DNA of 64,000 bases from a virus (Duplodnaviria; Caudoviricetes): the IMG/VR virus record IMGVR_UViG_3300028886_000042; one strand, written 5' to 3'. The position numbers were made by a program, and so were the translations under genes. Below the pieces are notes generated by a model. The model was not told where the DNA came from and did not search any database. It saw only the letters and a program-made list of their open reading frames with translations. The stretch's first letter is position 1. Each line of letters opens with the position of its first letter. Of the stretch, positions 41,201 through 52,282 are shown piece by piece.

Positions 41201-44200
41201 ATGGCGAGGTACAGCAAATATCACAGTAACTATATTCTTAGCAGGGTACATCAGAATACTAAGCTTGGAAAAATTTGGCTCAGAGACTGGGTTACAATAG
41301 GAAGTCAGCATCAGATTGAAAAGGGTAAGAAGCCCTATTACAGCGATACTAACTTCCTGTTCACGGACAACTCATACCCGTCATATCATAAGAAGCACAA
41401 TTTCGGAAAATGGGTTGCACACTGGATATACGATGACGTAAAGGATTCAAAGGAAGAGGCAAACAAGGTAAAGGTAAATACCTCAAGTAACGATATCCGT
41501 GACTTTGCCTATTATGGTTCTGCTGTCGAGTTGGTAAAATCATCTGTTTCGGATATTATAAACAGATTTCCTGCAAGTATCTCCATTTCAGTGGATAATG
41601 TTACTGTTCCGGACGGTAAGGGCGGGTTTACACCGGTAGACAGTTACAAGTATGTCGATAATCCGTTCAACCTTGATTTCATACATACACTCTCAGATAA
41701 GGAAAAGGAAACGAACAATCCTGACAGGTTTCTTGCCGAGTCATACGAGAACTACCTTATAGACGGAAACCCCATTACGAAATATGAAATACTTACAAGG
41801 AAGTTCGTGTATACTTCAGTTGGAGGTAATGATTATAAAACTACTACAAAGTATGTAAGTGACAGTTTTACTTTCAATAAGGACTATACTGAGGAAATAG
41901 GGTATACTATAGTACCTAAAAGCCTTAAGCACGGTAATGTTGAACTGCTTAACAATAAGGTTGAAATAACTGAATTAAGTTATGTCAAGGATAATGTCAC
42001 TGATGATATTACTGTTAAAACATACAACAGAAATACAGGTGAGGTAGTTATTGACAGTGATACGAAAACTTTACCTGACATAAGTGAAGTTGAGCATAGT
42101 GTTGCAGTAAAGAATACTGTAAGTGGTTATGGATTCAGAAGGATTCTTAATGAACTTCAGTATAACGGTACTGATATATCTGTTACCAGAAACACAAATT
42201 GGTCACAAGACCTTGGTGAAATCACATTGAATCCTAATTTCTACTATTATGTTGGGGATAAATGGATAGAGCCTATTCCGGTATTAAAAACTGTACATGT
42301 GACATATCATACACGTATAAATCCTGACCCGCTTCATCCTGAAAAACCTTTAAGATACCTAAAGATTGAAGGTTATGATGAAGAATTTAATATATTACCT
42401 GACAGCAAAGCCGACATAAATGAAATTGTTGAAGATTATACGTTTTACGGTTATACTCAACCTGATACTGAAAGAGAAACGGCTGACACAATAACCATTA
42501 GAACAGCAATAAACACAAATGGTTCAACAAAAATAGGAAGTGACAAATATACATTTACGGGTAATTATAAATTCATTGTTTGGAATAGTACAGAAGGAAC
42601 ATACACTGGTGGTATAAAGGAATTACGTGTTAATAACAAGGAAGTTTATTACAATCAAGGCTCAAATACAATTGCATTCGAAAATGATACTACCGGTAGT
42701 GGTATTTATTTAGGGTTTGAAGGCATTACAAATAACAATTTTACAGTTTCTTTTTTAAAAGAACATACTAATACAGATTTTGATTACTCGTTTACAGTAC
42801 ATCCCTGTTTATTACTTGACATAACAGATTACGGGAAGTACTATTTCGAGGTAAACGGACAAAGATACGGTTTTACGACAACTTGCTATAAAACAAGTGA
42901 CAGTCCGTATACTGTTAATTCAGATTTGGTTGTAAGCTGGCATGGTAATAGTTTAAAGTTAATTCAGAACGGTTCCGCGTTAGTAACAAGTACTATAACA
43001 GATGAAACCGCTAATGTATTGTTATACAAGGAGAATGTAACCTATCCTGTATATACATTCATACAGTGCACAAAGGACGGTGTACCGCAAGGATGTTATC
43101 CTCTTGACTGTAAACCTTCAAACTGGATGCCTAAATTAAGTATACCTGTTTCATGGGATGTATATGTAAAGGACTGTTCTGACTGTACTGACGGTGAATG
43201 TTATGTACCTGTACTTATGAGTAAGGAAATACAACCGGAGGGTAAGAATGAGAACATGGCACTATATGAGGTAACTGTAAACGATACCTATAAATTCTAC
43301 GGTTATATCAAGGACGGTGAGGAGGTTATACTTACTGACAACGAAAATGCAGTAATAACCCCTAAAAGGGAAATGGTTGACGAGTTTTTCTCAAACCTTG
43401 ACGGTTTCGAGAAGCAGTTGCTTACGCTTGATTCAAAGCCCGTATATTCTAATTCATTCCTTACTCCTATTGAGGGTGAACTTACCTACAAATATGTATA
43501 CCGCGACTACACATGGCCTTCAAAGGAGGTGATATATAATACAGAAGAACAGAACGCGACTGAGGGAATAACATATCACCTTATTGACATAGGTTCTGAA
43601 GTATATGCTGAATATCTGTCAAAACTCCTGGATATGGCAGGTGTATTCGATGAATTGTGGTGCGACAATCTGTATAAGAACATGACGCATGAATCTATCA
43701 AGAATTTCGACTGGACTTATACAAGGGAATATAATGAGGGCGATGAGGAAGATAATATTGAAGGCGGCAACAGGATGCAGAAACTTATACGTGTATACGG
43801 ACGTTTCTTTGATGATATCAAGCGTAATATAGACGGCATAAAGTTTTCGGCAAACAATACTTATGACGGTAACAACAATGAACCGGATGCCGAGATTTCA
43901 GACAGACTCGAAACAAGCGGATGGGATATAACCTCTGTAATACCTGATATAAATGACAATAATCAGGGCTATATTAATAAGGAAACACGTATTCTGATAA
44001 CGGAAGAGGAGTGGAGTAAACTTGACACCGGTGAACAGGCAAATTATGAACCCGCCTATTATGATGAAACAAACCTTGTATTCTTAACAGAAACAGAATA
44101 TAATGATTTGGAAGAAGGTAAGGAAAGATTCATGAAGTATTATCCTGCCCTTGATTTAACAGGTGTTACGATTGACAAGAACTTTATTGAAGGGTATAAT

Positions 44201-47200
44201 CTTCAGGGAGAAAAGAACAAGTTGGAGTGGTTCGGTTCGTTAAGTTCTGAAAACCTTACATGTACGAAGTCTGAGATAGATTTCATGAAAAAACTGTTGT
44301 TATGTTCTGACAGAATATTCAACACAAAGGGTACGAGACAGTCAATTGAAATGGTAATGGGTATGTTCGGACTTACTGATGAGAAATTAAGTGAAGAAGA
44401 TGAACCGGATTATGAGATTGAGGAAGGCTATTACACAACAAAACCTATAAGTTATGATGATAATTACGAAAATATAGCTGAGATTAATTCATCTAAGAAT
44501 TATCCTAGACAGTATGATGATGCTTACAGCGGTATTCCCCTTAATGACATTTTTATATGGGTTAAAAAAGATGATGATGAGGACGAAAAAGAACTTAAAC
44601 GCTATATAATACCGTATTATACCCAGAAACGTAAATACGACGGTGATTTCGTATTCGAGAGCAAAGGCGGTTGGGGTAAGATGAACAACGTCATCGAAAC
44701 AGAGGATGAAGGAACCAAAGTAATTGAAGGTGAATACATGGAAACAATGTCATATCTCCATGTTGTAAGCAGTTTCGGTGATTTACTGTCACTTAATCCT
44801 AATTCACTCAATGAAGGTGACATATATTATGTTGCGGACATATCCACATATTCAGGATATGTAGCCGTTCTTCCTGATAATGTTTCGCATTTCTTCCATC
44901 TTAAGGAGGAAGTGACTGACGGTGATGAGATAATCTCAGAGAGCGGTATATATAATCCGCAGTTGCCTGAGTCGTGGGAAAACGTAGATATAAACGATAA
45001 GGAAGGTACTGTAAGTAAGAAGGCAAGATATCTGAACAGCCTTATTTCAACTAATACAGGTAACAATCCCCATGTAGGGTATGGACTATATGACGGTGGT
45101 AATGAATACAGACAGTACATGGAAAAACCGTTCAAGTATTCACTGGATGAATATCTGCTGCCTAATGACATGGCTGAAGAGGCTGAGAATATAGGTTTCG
45201 AGTTAAAAGAGGAGTTCACAAGAAAATATAACGGTAAGGTGATGAACCTTATAGATACATATAATACGGCAGATAACAGCAGTGCTGAGGATAACAATGA
45301 AGATGAACCCTTAAAATATTACCTTAACCGGAAATATCTGAAAATAATAAATAAAAAAGGAAAGGACAACGAAATGTTCAAGAAGTATTTCATAGACGTA
45401 ATACTGAAATTTATCATGCAGATTATACCTTCAAGTTCAATTCTGATACTTGAGAATTTCAAGTCAAGCGGTAAGATTGTTGAATACGGTGATATACATA
45501 TCACATACAATTATACTGATAAGATAAAATGGGATGGAAGTAATAGCATAAAACCTGTATTTGACTATTACGTAGATGTAACATATGAAGATGGTTCAAC
45601 CGGAACTATCAGACCTGAAGATGCCACTATAAATTTCACGACTACTTTGGGTCAGATTGACAATAAGGGTGTTATAACCGTGAGCGAGAAAAACGAAAAC
45701 GAGGAAGATAAGGACGGTACGGCAACTGTTGTTGTGGCATATAAGGATAAAACAGAGAGTGTAGATGCTGTTTTCTCACAAAGCGGTAAGAAGATTGACA
45801 GTTACAGTGATATGAAGATAACATATAAATACAAAGAAACCGGTTACAACATTTTCCCGCCAGGTGAAGTTTCCGGCCAACCTTTCATCGAAATAGAACA
45901 GACATTCTACTATACTGATGGAACTGTGGAAACTGTAATCTGTAATACATATGGTGAAATTACCGATTATTATGACAGTGTAGAATACGAAGTCATCAGA
46001 GGTGCTGATAATGTCGATGTTGAAGATACCGGTTTTATTAACATTCATGCCAACCATAACAAGGAAATCAGACTTGCAGGAATCGTAAAAGTCACTATTA
46101 AAAAGGGTGAAGAAGAATACTCAAGTACTGCTGAAATATGGCAGAACGGTTTACTTGTCGAATATGGTGAGGTGACTATTGAAACATTCGAATATGACAC
46201 CATACCTTCAAGCGGTGGAACTGTCACGCCTAAACTATCATGGAAACAGGATATAATTTACAAAGATAAAGAAGAAAGTCCTGCATATACAGAAACCGTA
46301 ACAATAACAAATGACCCGTCTGCAACTGTTACATACAGCGGTGATTTTGTTACAAGCGGTAAAAGCGGAGTTGTAGTAAAGAATACACCTAACACTTCGG
46401 AAGAAGAAACTGAGGTAGGTACTGTGACTGTTACTATTATTTCAAACGGTAAGCAAAATAGTAAACCTACAACACTGAAACAGGAGAAAAAGGACATTGC
46501 CGGTTATGGTAATCTTGAAATTACCGAGTTCACTTATCCGCAGATTTCCGTAAAGGGTTCTGAGGAAGCTGTTAAACCGACGATTAAGGTAGTTGAGTAT
46601 GAAATCTATACTGACGGAAGCCGTGTTAAGAAGGAATACAACAGCATTGAGGAAATCAGGGCTGTTGAAGGTGCGAATGTTGAATTTACTGATACAGAGG
46701 GTATTGTTGAACAGACAGACGGTGGAGTAAAGAAGGAAACACCTAATCTTACACCTGATACTGTAATTGTTGACAGTGTAAACGTGAAGGTTACACTCCA
46801 TGATAATGTAATAACCGCTAATTACTTGGTTACACAGGGTTCAAGGGTGATAGAAAGTTATGGTAATGTTGAGTTGTTGACAGGTATTGACAAAATATAT
46901 GAAATTGCAAGTTCAGCAAGCGGAAGCAGTACATCCCCACATTTTGAATATAGACAACCCATAGTTTATACTGACAGTTCAACTGAATATGAATATAACA
47001 ATCCGAAAGCCTTGATTTCATACACTGCTGAAGGTACACTAATCGGTAACAGCGAAGTGGATATCATAACCGGTAAGGTAACGGTAAATGAAGCAAATAC
47101 TAATGTAGGAGAAGGCTCAAGGGAAATCGGACGAATCAAGATAAATATGAGTTGCAACGGAAAGGGTTGGGATTCAGATAAGATAGTAACTGTTAAACAG

Positions 47201-49417
47201 AAGAACAATGCCATAAGCGGATATACTGATATTTACGATATTGTATTGACTTATAACTACATACCTTCTTCAGGTGGTAGTGTAACACCTGTATTGTCAT
47301 ATAAACAGGACATAATATATAAAAACGGAACAAGCGAACAAAAGGAATATACAGGAAGTCAAGCTATTGAACACAGCCGTTTCTATAGCGTGAATAATTT
47401 AGTCAATACTACAACCGGTGTTATAACCAAGGGTACGGTAAATGAATCATCTGTACCTGAAATAGTCGATACTGTAAGTGTATTAATAGATTTGAACGGT
47501 AAAAACGGAAGGCAGGATACTTCTGTCTACCAGTCACCTAATGAGGTTACATACGGTGAAATCGTAATAGACGAATTCAGTTATCAGAAATTTGCTCCAT
47601 ACGCAAACAGCTCACTTACGCCTACTGTAAAATACAGACAGAAGGTAACATACAGTGACGGTACTGAGAGATGGCTTACACCGGAAGAGATGGTTTCTGT
47701 AACAGTTACATTCCAGGGGATATCAGTAACAGAAGCAAAACTTGACCGTTATACGGGAGAAGCCACTGTGGTAAAAGCAAACACTCTTACAACGGAAAGA
47801 ATTATATTCGATTATATTGACTTAAATATAGTAAATAAAGGTCAGTCAGCAACTCGTAAGGCATATGATATTAAACAGCTTGGAAAAATCATTACTTACT
47901 ACGGTGATATTGTAATAGATAAATTCAAATTTGACGGTAGAATACCTTCAAAGGGTAATACTGCTGCCACTCCTCTATATGCTATTCTTGAATACAGTCA
48001 GGATGTAACATATAGTGACGGTTCTACAGAAAATCTGACAAGTGCAGTAAGTGGTGGTAGTATGGTTTATGACAATATCCATTCAAAGGTTCAATTCGCA
48101 TCTGACCCTGACGGAATACTTGACGGTGACTTCGGAAATGTTGTTAAAACAACACCTAACACATATGATTCTGATTTACTTGTTGGTAATATAACCGTTA
48201 TGATAAAATGTACGGAACCGGGTGCTGTAAATGTTCCTATAGCAACAGATTCTGAACCTGTTTATCAGTTAGCGAGGGAAATAACAGGTTATGAACCGAT
48301 ACGTATCACTAAGTTCAGATATGATGACATACCGAGTCAGGGCGGTTCTGTATGGCCGGCGTTGGAATATGAAATGGACATAAAATATGACAACGGTACT
48401 ACTGTTACATGGAAGTCAACTGACGTGGATTTCGCAACAAAGAGTTTCATGGATATACCTGAACCAGGAATGTCAGTACAAATAAATTCTTTAACCGGTG
48501 TTATTACGAAGAACACACCTTCTGACAGCAGAGTTCCGATATTGGTTGCAACGGTTAAAGTATCTTTATCCTATACAGACGGTACTTACAGTTCATCAGG
48601 CGAAAAACGTACATCTGTCAGACAGATTGACAAGATTATAATAGGCTATGGTGAAGTCATAATAACGGACTTTGCATATTCACCTGCAAAAGTTTCCGGT
48701 AATGGTGGAACCGTTAACCCAACTACACTGTCATATAAGCAGGACGTTTACTATGATGACGGAACAAGTGAAACACTTATAAATGAAGTTACATCAGACA
48801 AGAATATCCTTTACACATTTGACAAGAACAGTTCCATTGAAGATGTAATTAACTTCGACAGTATAAGCGGCGAACTGTCAAAGGCAACAATAAATACGAC
48901 AGGAAGGCTTCTTGACTTAGGTAATGTTACCGTTGAACTTACCCTTCATGAGAAGGTAGGTACTAAAACACTGCTTATACAACAGGAAGTCGGTGAAAAG
49001 CGCATAGTCGGTTACAGTGACGTAAGAATCAGCAAATTTACATACCCGACGCTGTTAATTGACGGCGGTTCAAATATGCCTCCAACTTACCTCGAATACA
49101 GTCAGGACATAATCTACAACTTCGGCCCGAATGAAACAAGGACAAACAAGGAACATAACGGTGCTATGGAACAGGAGGAAATCCCTGCAAGTGAGATAAC
49201 AAAGATATTCAGTGCAAACGGAAACGATATAACAATATCGACAGACGGTAAGATTACCAAAACGACGCGCAACACTTCAACGAACATGATTGTGGGAGAT
49301 GCCAACGTCAATATCACAATAAACATGAAGTCATTTGACAAGAGTACAAACATATACCAGTTTACATACAACGGACAGATAACACCGCCAGACCCTGATA
49401 CGCCGGTTAATCCATAA
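41201..49417 (+). CDS. Giant baseplate-anchored tail fibre / adhesin-like protein with 11 C-terminal Ig-like repeats
   Basis: 2738 aa; DFAYYGS and KGTRQSIE baseplate-type motifs; C-terminal half made of ~115-aa modules YG...I..F.Y..IPS.GG.V.P.L.Y.Q...Y.DG. Confidence 0.7.
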   Translation: MARYSKYHSNYILSRVHQNTKLGKIWLRDWVTIGSQHQIEKGKKPYYSDTNFLFTDNSYPSYHKKHNFGKWVAHWIYDDVKDSKEEANKVKVNTSSNDIRDFAYYGSAVELVKSSVSDIINRFPASISISVDNVTVPDGKGGFTPVDSYKYVDNPFNLDFIHTLSDKEKETNNPDRFLAESYENYLIDGNPITKYEILTRKFVYTSVGGNDYKTTTKYVSDSFTFNKDYTEEIGYTIVPKSLKHGNVELLNNKVEITELSYVKDNVTDDITVKTYNRNTGEVVIDSDTKTLPDISEVEHSVAVKNTVSGYGFRRILNELQYNGTDISVTRNTNWSQDLGEITLNPNFYYYVGDKWIEPIPVLKTVHVTYHTRINPDPLHPEKPLRYLKIEGYDEEFNILPDSKADINEIVEDYTFYGYTQPDTERETADTITIRTAINTNGSTKIGSDKYTFTGNYKFIVWNSTEGTYTGGIKELRVNNKEVYYNQGSNTIAFENDTTGSGIYLGFEGITNNNFTVSFLKEHTNTDFDYSFTVHPCLLLDITDYGKYYFEVNGQRYGFTTTCYKTSDSPYTVNSDLVVSWHGNSLKLIQNGSALVTSTITDETANVLLYKENVTYPVYTFIQCTKDGVPQGCYPLDCKPSNWMPKLSIPVSWDVYVKDCSDCTDGECYVPVLMSKEIQPEGKNENMALYEVTVNDTYKFYGYIKDGEEVILTDNENAVITPKREMVDEFFSNLDGFEKQLLTLDSKPVYSNSFLTPIEGELTYKYVYRDYTWPSKEVIYNTEEQNATEGITYHLIDIGSEVYAEYLSKLLDMAGVFDELWCDNLYKNMTHESIKNFDWTYTREYNEGDEEDNIEGGNRMQKLIRVYGRFFDDIKRNIDGIKFSANNTYDGNNNEPDAEISDRLETSGWDITSVIPDINDNNQGYINKETRILITEEEWSKLDTGEQANYEPAYYDETNLVFLTETEYNDLEEGKERFMKYYPALDLTGVTIDKNFIEGYNLQGEKNKLEWFGSLSSENLTCTKSEIDFMKKLLLCSDRIFNTKGTRQSIEMVMGMFGLTDEKLSEEDEPDYEIEEGYYTTKPISYDDNYENIAEINSSKNYPRQYDDAYSGIPLNDIFIWVKKDDDEDEKELKRYIIPYYTQKRKYDGDFVFESKGGWGKMNNVIETEDEGTKVIEGEYMETMSYLHVVSSFGDLLSLNPNSLNEGDIYYVADISTYSGYVAVLPDNVSHFFHLKEEVTDGDEIISESGIYNPQLPESWENVDINDKEGTVSKKARYLNSLISTNTGNNPHVGYGLYDGGNEYRQYMEKPFKYSLDEYLLPNDMAEEAENIGFELKEEFTRKYNGKVMNLIDTYNTADNSSAEDNNEDEPLKYYLNRKYLKIINKKGKDNEMFKKYFIDVILKFIMQIIPSSSILILENFKSSGKIVEYGDIHITYNYTDKIKWDGSNSIKPVFDYYVDVTYEDGSTGTIRPEDATINFTTTLGQIDNKGVITVSEKNENEEDKDGTATVVVAYKDKTESVDAVFSQSGKKIDSYSDMKITYKYKETGYNIFPPGEVSGQPFIEIEQTFYYTDGTVETVICNTYGEITDYYDSVEYEVIRGADNVDVEDTGFINIHANHNKEIRLAGIVKVTIKKGEEEYSSTAEIWQNGLLVEYGEVTIETFEYDTIPSSGGTVTPKLSWKQDIIYKDKEESPAYTETVTITNDPSATVTYSGDFVTSGKSGVVVKNTPNTSEEETEVGTVTVTIISNGKQNSKPTTLKQEKKDIAGYGNLEITEFTYPQISVKGSEEAVKPTIKVVEYEIYTDGSRVKKEYNSIEEIRAVEGANVEFTDTEGIVEQTDGGVKKETPNLTPDTVIVDSVNVKVTLHDNVITANYLVTQGSRVIESYGNVELLTGIDKIYEIASSASGSSTSPHFEYRQPIVYTDSSTEYEYNNPKALISYTAEGTLIGNSEVDIITGKVTVNEANTNVGEGSREIGRIKINMSCNGKGWDSDKIVTVKQKNNAISGYTDIYDIVLTYNYIPSSGGSVTPVLSYKQDIIYKNGTSEQKEYTGSQAIEHSRFYSVNNLVNTTTGVITKGTVNESSVPEIVDTVSVLIDLNGKNGRQDTSVYQSPNEVTYGEIVIDEFSYQKFAPYANSSLTPTVKYRQKVTYSDGTERWLTPEEMVSVTVTFQGISVTEAKLDRYTGEATVVKANTLTTERIIFDYIDLNIVNKGQSATRKAYDIKQLGKIITYYGDIVIDKFKFDGRIPSKGNTAATPLYAILEYSQDVTYSDGSTENLTSAVSGGSMVYDNIHSKVQFASDPDGILDGDFGNVVKTTPNTYDSDLLVGNITVMIKCTEPGAVNVPIATDSEPVYQLAREITGYEPIRITKFRYDDIPSQGGSVWPALEYEMDIKYDNGTTVTWKSTDVDFATKSFMDIPEPGMSVQINSLTGVITKNTPSDSRVPILVATVKVSLSYTDGTYSSSGEKRTSVRQIDKIIIGYGEVIITDFAYSPAKVSGNGGTVNPTTLSYKQDVYYDDGTSETLINEVTSDKNILYTFDKNSSIEDVINFDSISGELSKATINTTGRLLDLGNVTVELTLHEKVGTKTLLIQQEVGEKRIVGYSDVRISKFTYPTLLIDGGSNMPPTYLEYSQDIIYNFGPNETRTNKEHNGAMEQEEIPASEITKIFSANGNDITISTDGKITKTTRNTSTNMIVGDANVNITINMKSFDKSTNIYQFTYNGQITPPDPDTPVNP
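45475..49365 (+). repeat. Eleven tandem ~115-aa beta-sandwich-like repeats
   Basis: Module starts IVEYGD, IDSYSD, LVEYGE, IAGYGN, IESYGN, ISGYTD, EVTYGE, ITYYGD, ITGYEP, IIGYGE, IVGYSD; most end in a V.Q-type motif. Confidence 0.75.
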
Positions 49418-49430
49418 TCAGTGAAAAATC

Positions 49431-50579
49431 ATGATACACTCTATAACAGTAGACAAAACGAACATAAACTTCCCTTCATCATGGGATGAGGGGAGCAGTG
49501 ACAACAGACAGGAATTCACCGTAACTGTTGACCAGATGGAAAATACAGCCGGTGGATTCAGATATGAATTCAAGGATAATGAATGGTTCGATGTCACGGT
49601 TAACGGAAACACCTTTGTAATAACCGCAAGGGAGAATTTCAATGTATACGGAAGAACCGGCTACATAATACTTCACCATAACTGCATACAGGGTGAGGAC
49701 GGTGAAATAACAGTATATGTTGAACAGGACGGTATTGTCTGTAAGATAGAGAGTTCACAGTCTGAAGTTGTTTTTTCGTCCGTGCTGAACAACCGTACAG
49801 AACCGAACGACGAAGAACCGGCAGAGAAGAAGGAAACTGTTGAAATTGACGTTACCGTTACGGGAGGTGACGGAAAGTTTTTCATAAAGTCGTTTAAGGA
49901 GTACAGGACAGTCTCAAATTCATCCGGTAGTATAAATGTACTTACAGCAAACGATAACGCAGTGAAGGTCGTGAAAACGGAAAACAGTAAGGTTATACTT
50001 ACGAGTTACGGAAGGCTGTCAAAGGAAAACGGACGTTATTACGAACTTATTCTTGCACATAACAGCAATCCGAAGGTTACAGCCTCGATTCTGATAAAGT
50101 ATGATGAATATAATGTGCTGAATGATATACCGTCTGATGAGGAAAACAGAAGAAGCTTTGCAAGAAAGCGCGGAAAAGCCATAAGGAGACATATACCTAC
50201 ATTTGAGGAAACCATTATTTCTTCAGGTAATTTCATAGAAAGTGAAATTAACGTAATCGGACTGAATACACCAGTTGTATCATATACGAAGAACGGACGT
50301 AAAAGAACAAGGAAAGCAGATGATAATATACAGTTTACTTCAGAAGGTGGTACTGTTGAATATGCCATAGACATGAAACCCGAAACGGCAGAGCCTTATG
50401 TAAGGCTCAGTTCCGGTTTTGTTTCATACAAGATAAACAAGGGAAGGATAATCCTTACGGCAGAACCTAACACATCAGGGGAAAGAAGGCACTGTGTAAT
50501 GGTTATACGTCATCCTTATAATCTGTTCGTCAATCTGATAAAGGACATATATCAGGACGGAAGTACCGTCAGAGATTAA
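49431..50579 (+). CDS. BACON/Ig-like domain protein
   Basis: WF.V......ITA.EN....RTG.I...V.VEQ and F.SEGG...I.LTAEPN.SGE.R...I.Q patterns typical of BACON domains. Confidence 0.6.
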   Translation: MIHSITVDKTNINFPSSWDEGSSDNRQEFTVTVDQMENTAGGFRYEFKDNEWFDVTVNGNTFVITARENFNVYGRTGYIILHHNCIQGEDGEITVYVEQDGIVCKIESSQSEVVFSSVLNNRTEPNDEEPAEKKETVEIDVTVTGGDGKFFIKSFKEYRTVSNSSGSINVLTANDNAVKVVKTENSKVILTSYGRLSKENGRYYELILAHNSNPKVTASILIKYDEYNVLNDIPSDEENRRSFARKRGKAIRRHIPTFEETIISSGNFIESEINVIGLNTPVVSYTKNGRKRTRKADDNIQFTSEGGTVEYAIDMKPETAEPYVRLSSGFVSYKINKGRIILTAEPNTSGERRHCVMVIRHPYNLFVNLIKDIYQDGSTVRD

Positions 50580-51399
50580 TCAGTATTTCCTCATCATTTG
50601 ATACATCTTCAAATGAATTTATCTCGAACTTATACATTCTGTATTTGTTTTCAACCTCATGCAGTGAGTATTTCATTGTTTCAGTGTCCCATATGACAAA
50701 GCCGTGACCGGTAGTATTTTCCCCACAGTCATGTTGGAATACGGAACCGGAATACACAATAGGTACGCCGTTTTTCTTTATCGTCTGAAACTTGTGTATA
50801 TGTCCTGCCATAACACAGTCACAGTCCTTGAAGTAGTCCGTATTTATGCCCTTTTCGGACATTCTACCCGAATCAGTGACAGCACCCACTACTTCACCGT
50901 GATACAGACCTATTATCCTGCTGTCAGGATATTTTTCCCTAAGTCCTTCCATTTCAGGCTTTGCGAACTTGTCGAACATGGAATATAATACCCATACTAT
51001 GTTGTCATCCACGATATATCCGCTTTTATAGCCGAGTACCTTGTCTGCATATGTTATGTTAGGATATACGCCCTTTATCGAAAATGTAGGTGATATCGAG
51101 TCCATTCTGTCCTGATTGTTCTCAAGCATGTCATGATTACCGGCTATTATTACAGTCGGTGCTATGGCATCAAGGTAGTTAAGCAGTGTGTGGAACACCT
51201 CCTTGGATTCATTGTCAGTTTTAATTTTCTTCTCGAAGATGTCACCAGATACGACAATCCTTACTTCATTTCTGTCACATCCCTTCACTTCCAACGCTAT
51301 CTCCCCTGCAAGCTGCTTAATCATTTCATCAAACGGTCTGTCATTTGAAGATGTGTTCGGTATGTGTATATCAGATAAATGTATGATTTTCCTTACCAT
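50569..51399 (-). CDS. sbcD: Mre11/SbcD/gp47-like metallophosphoesterase nuclease (true start likely ATG 51399)
   Basis: HLSDIH, SGDIF, AGNHD, LYHG, MAGHIHK.Q, YSGS..Q...GE; the longer ORF extension spans its own promoter. Confidence 0.85.
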   Translation of the reverse strand: MVRKIIHLSDIHIPNTSSNDRPFDEMIKQLAGEIALEVKGCDRNEVRIVVSGDIFEKKIKTDNESKEVFHTLLNYLDAIAPTVIIAGNHDMLENNQDRMDSISPTFSIKGVYPNITYADKVLGYKSGYIVDDNIVWVLYSMFDKFAKPEMEGLREKYPDSRIIGLYHGEVVGAVTDSGRMSEKGINTDYFKDCDCVMAGHIHKFQTIKKNGVPIVYSGSVFQHDCGENTTGHGFVIWDTETMKYSLHEVENKYRMYKFEINSFEDVSNDEEILINL

Positions 51400-51417
51400 G
51401 TAGAAATATGATTTTTC

Positions 51418-51450
51418 TGCAAATATACGTATTTTATACTGACAGTCAAA
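51418..51450 (-). promoter_or_regulatory. Bacteroidota-type primary sigma promoter (minus strand, for sbcD)
   Basis: Reverse complement reads TTTG (51450-51447), 19 nt, TATATTTGCA (51427-51418). Confidence 0.8.
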
Positions 51451-51458
51451 ACGAAAAC

Positions 51459-51487
51459 TTGACAAAAACACATACAACCACTATTAT
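51459..51487 (+). promoter_or_regulatory. TTGACA-N17-TAnnnT promoter (second class), divergent from the sbcD promoter
   Basis: TTGACA (51459-51464), 17 nt, TATTAT (51482-51487). Confidence 0.55.
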
Positions 51488-51517
51488 TTAATAATATATA
51501 ACATTTTTTAATTCACG

Positions 51518-52282
51518 ATGGAAACTGAAAACGGCAAGATTGTTTTAGGCATAGATATTTCCACAAAGTGCATAGGCTCTACTATAGCAATGATTGAGGG
51601 TGACGGTAACATAAAGGTACTTGAGGTAAGCCACCTTAAACTGAGGGCGCACGGTAAACACGGGCATGATGAGGAACTTTTCGTGAAAAGCGAACTGTTC
51701 AGGGAAAAACTCAGGACGAAATACAGCAAGTACTACATAAGCGAGGTTATAATAGAGGAACCCCTTATCATGAGCAACAATTCTGTAACTGTTGCAACAC
51801 TGATGAGATTCAACGGAATGATTTCACAGCTTGTAAAGGACGTGTTGGGTGTTATACCGAAGTATATTTCTTCCTATGATGCGAGGAAGTATGCATTCCC
51901 TTCGCTTATGTCGGTAAGGAAGTACAACAAGCACGGGGAGAACTATTCATACGACAAGATACTCAAGTCCATATCGAAGAATGAACTGGTACTGTTCGGC
52001 TCATACCCCTTTGACTGTGCAAAGAAATACATTCTTTGGAATATGGTTTCGGATATATTTCCGGACATAAAATGGGAATATGATGACAAGAACGAACTTA
52101 AGGACGAGAACTTCGATGCAAGCGACAGCCTTATTTGCATCATGGGATATGTGAACAAGTGCAAGTACGGTAATACTGAACCGGAAATCATCTGCTGCAA
52201 CAGTACGGACAGTGAATATATCGAATATACTGTAAAGTTCTGCGGAGATACGTTTACAAAGAGAATAAGTTTCGAGGAATAA
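51518..52282 (+). CDS. ruvC: RuvC-like Holliday junction resolvase
   Basis: VLGIDISTKCIG, VIIEEP, L.RFNG, FDASDS acidic active-site pattern. Confidence 0.8.
   Translation: METENGKIVLGIDISTKCIGSTIAMIEGDGNIKVLEVSHLKLRAHGKHGHDEELFVKSELFREKLRTKYSKYYISEVIIEEPLIMSNNSVTVATLMRFNGMISQLVKDVLGVIPKYISSYDARKYAFPSLMSVRKYNKHGENYSYDKILKSISKNELVLFGSYPFDCAKKYILWNMVSDIFPDIKWEYDDKNELKDENFDASDSLICIMGYVNKCKYGNTEPEIICCNSTDSEYIEYTVKFCGDTFTKRISFEE

Noticed and set aside
51400-51477. 26-aa N-terminal extension of SbcD
   Set aside because: It runs through the gene's own promoter; the family motif begins at MVRKIIHLSD
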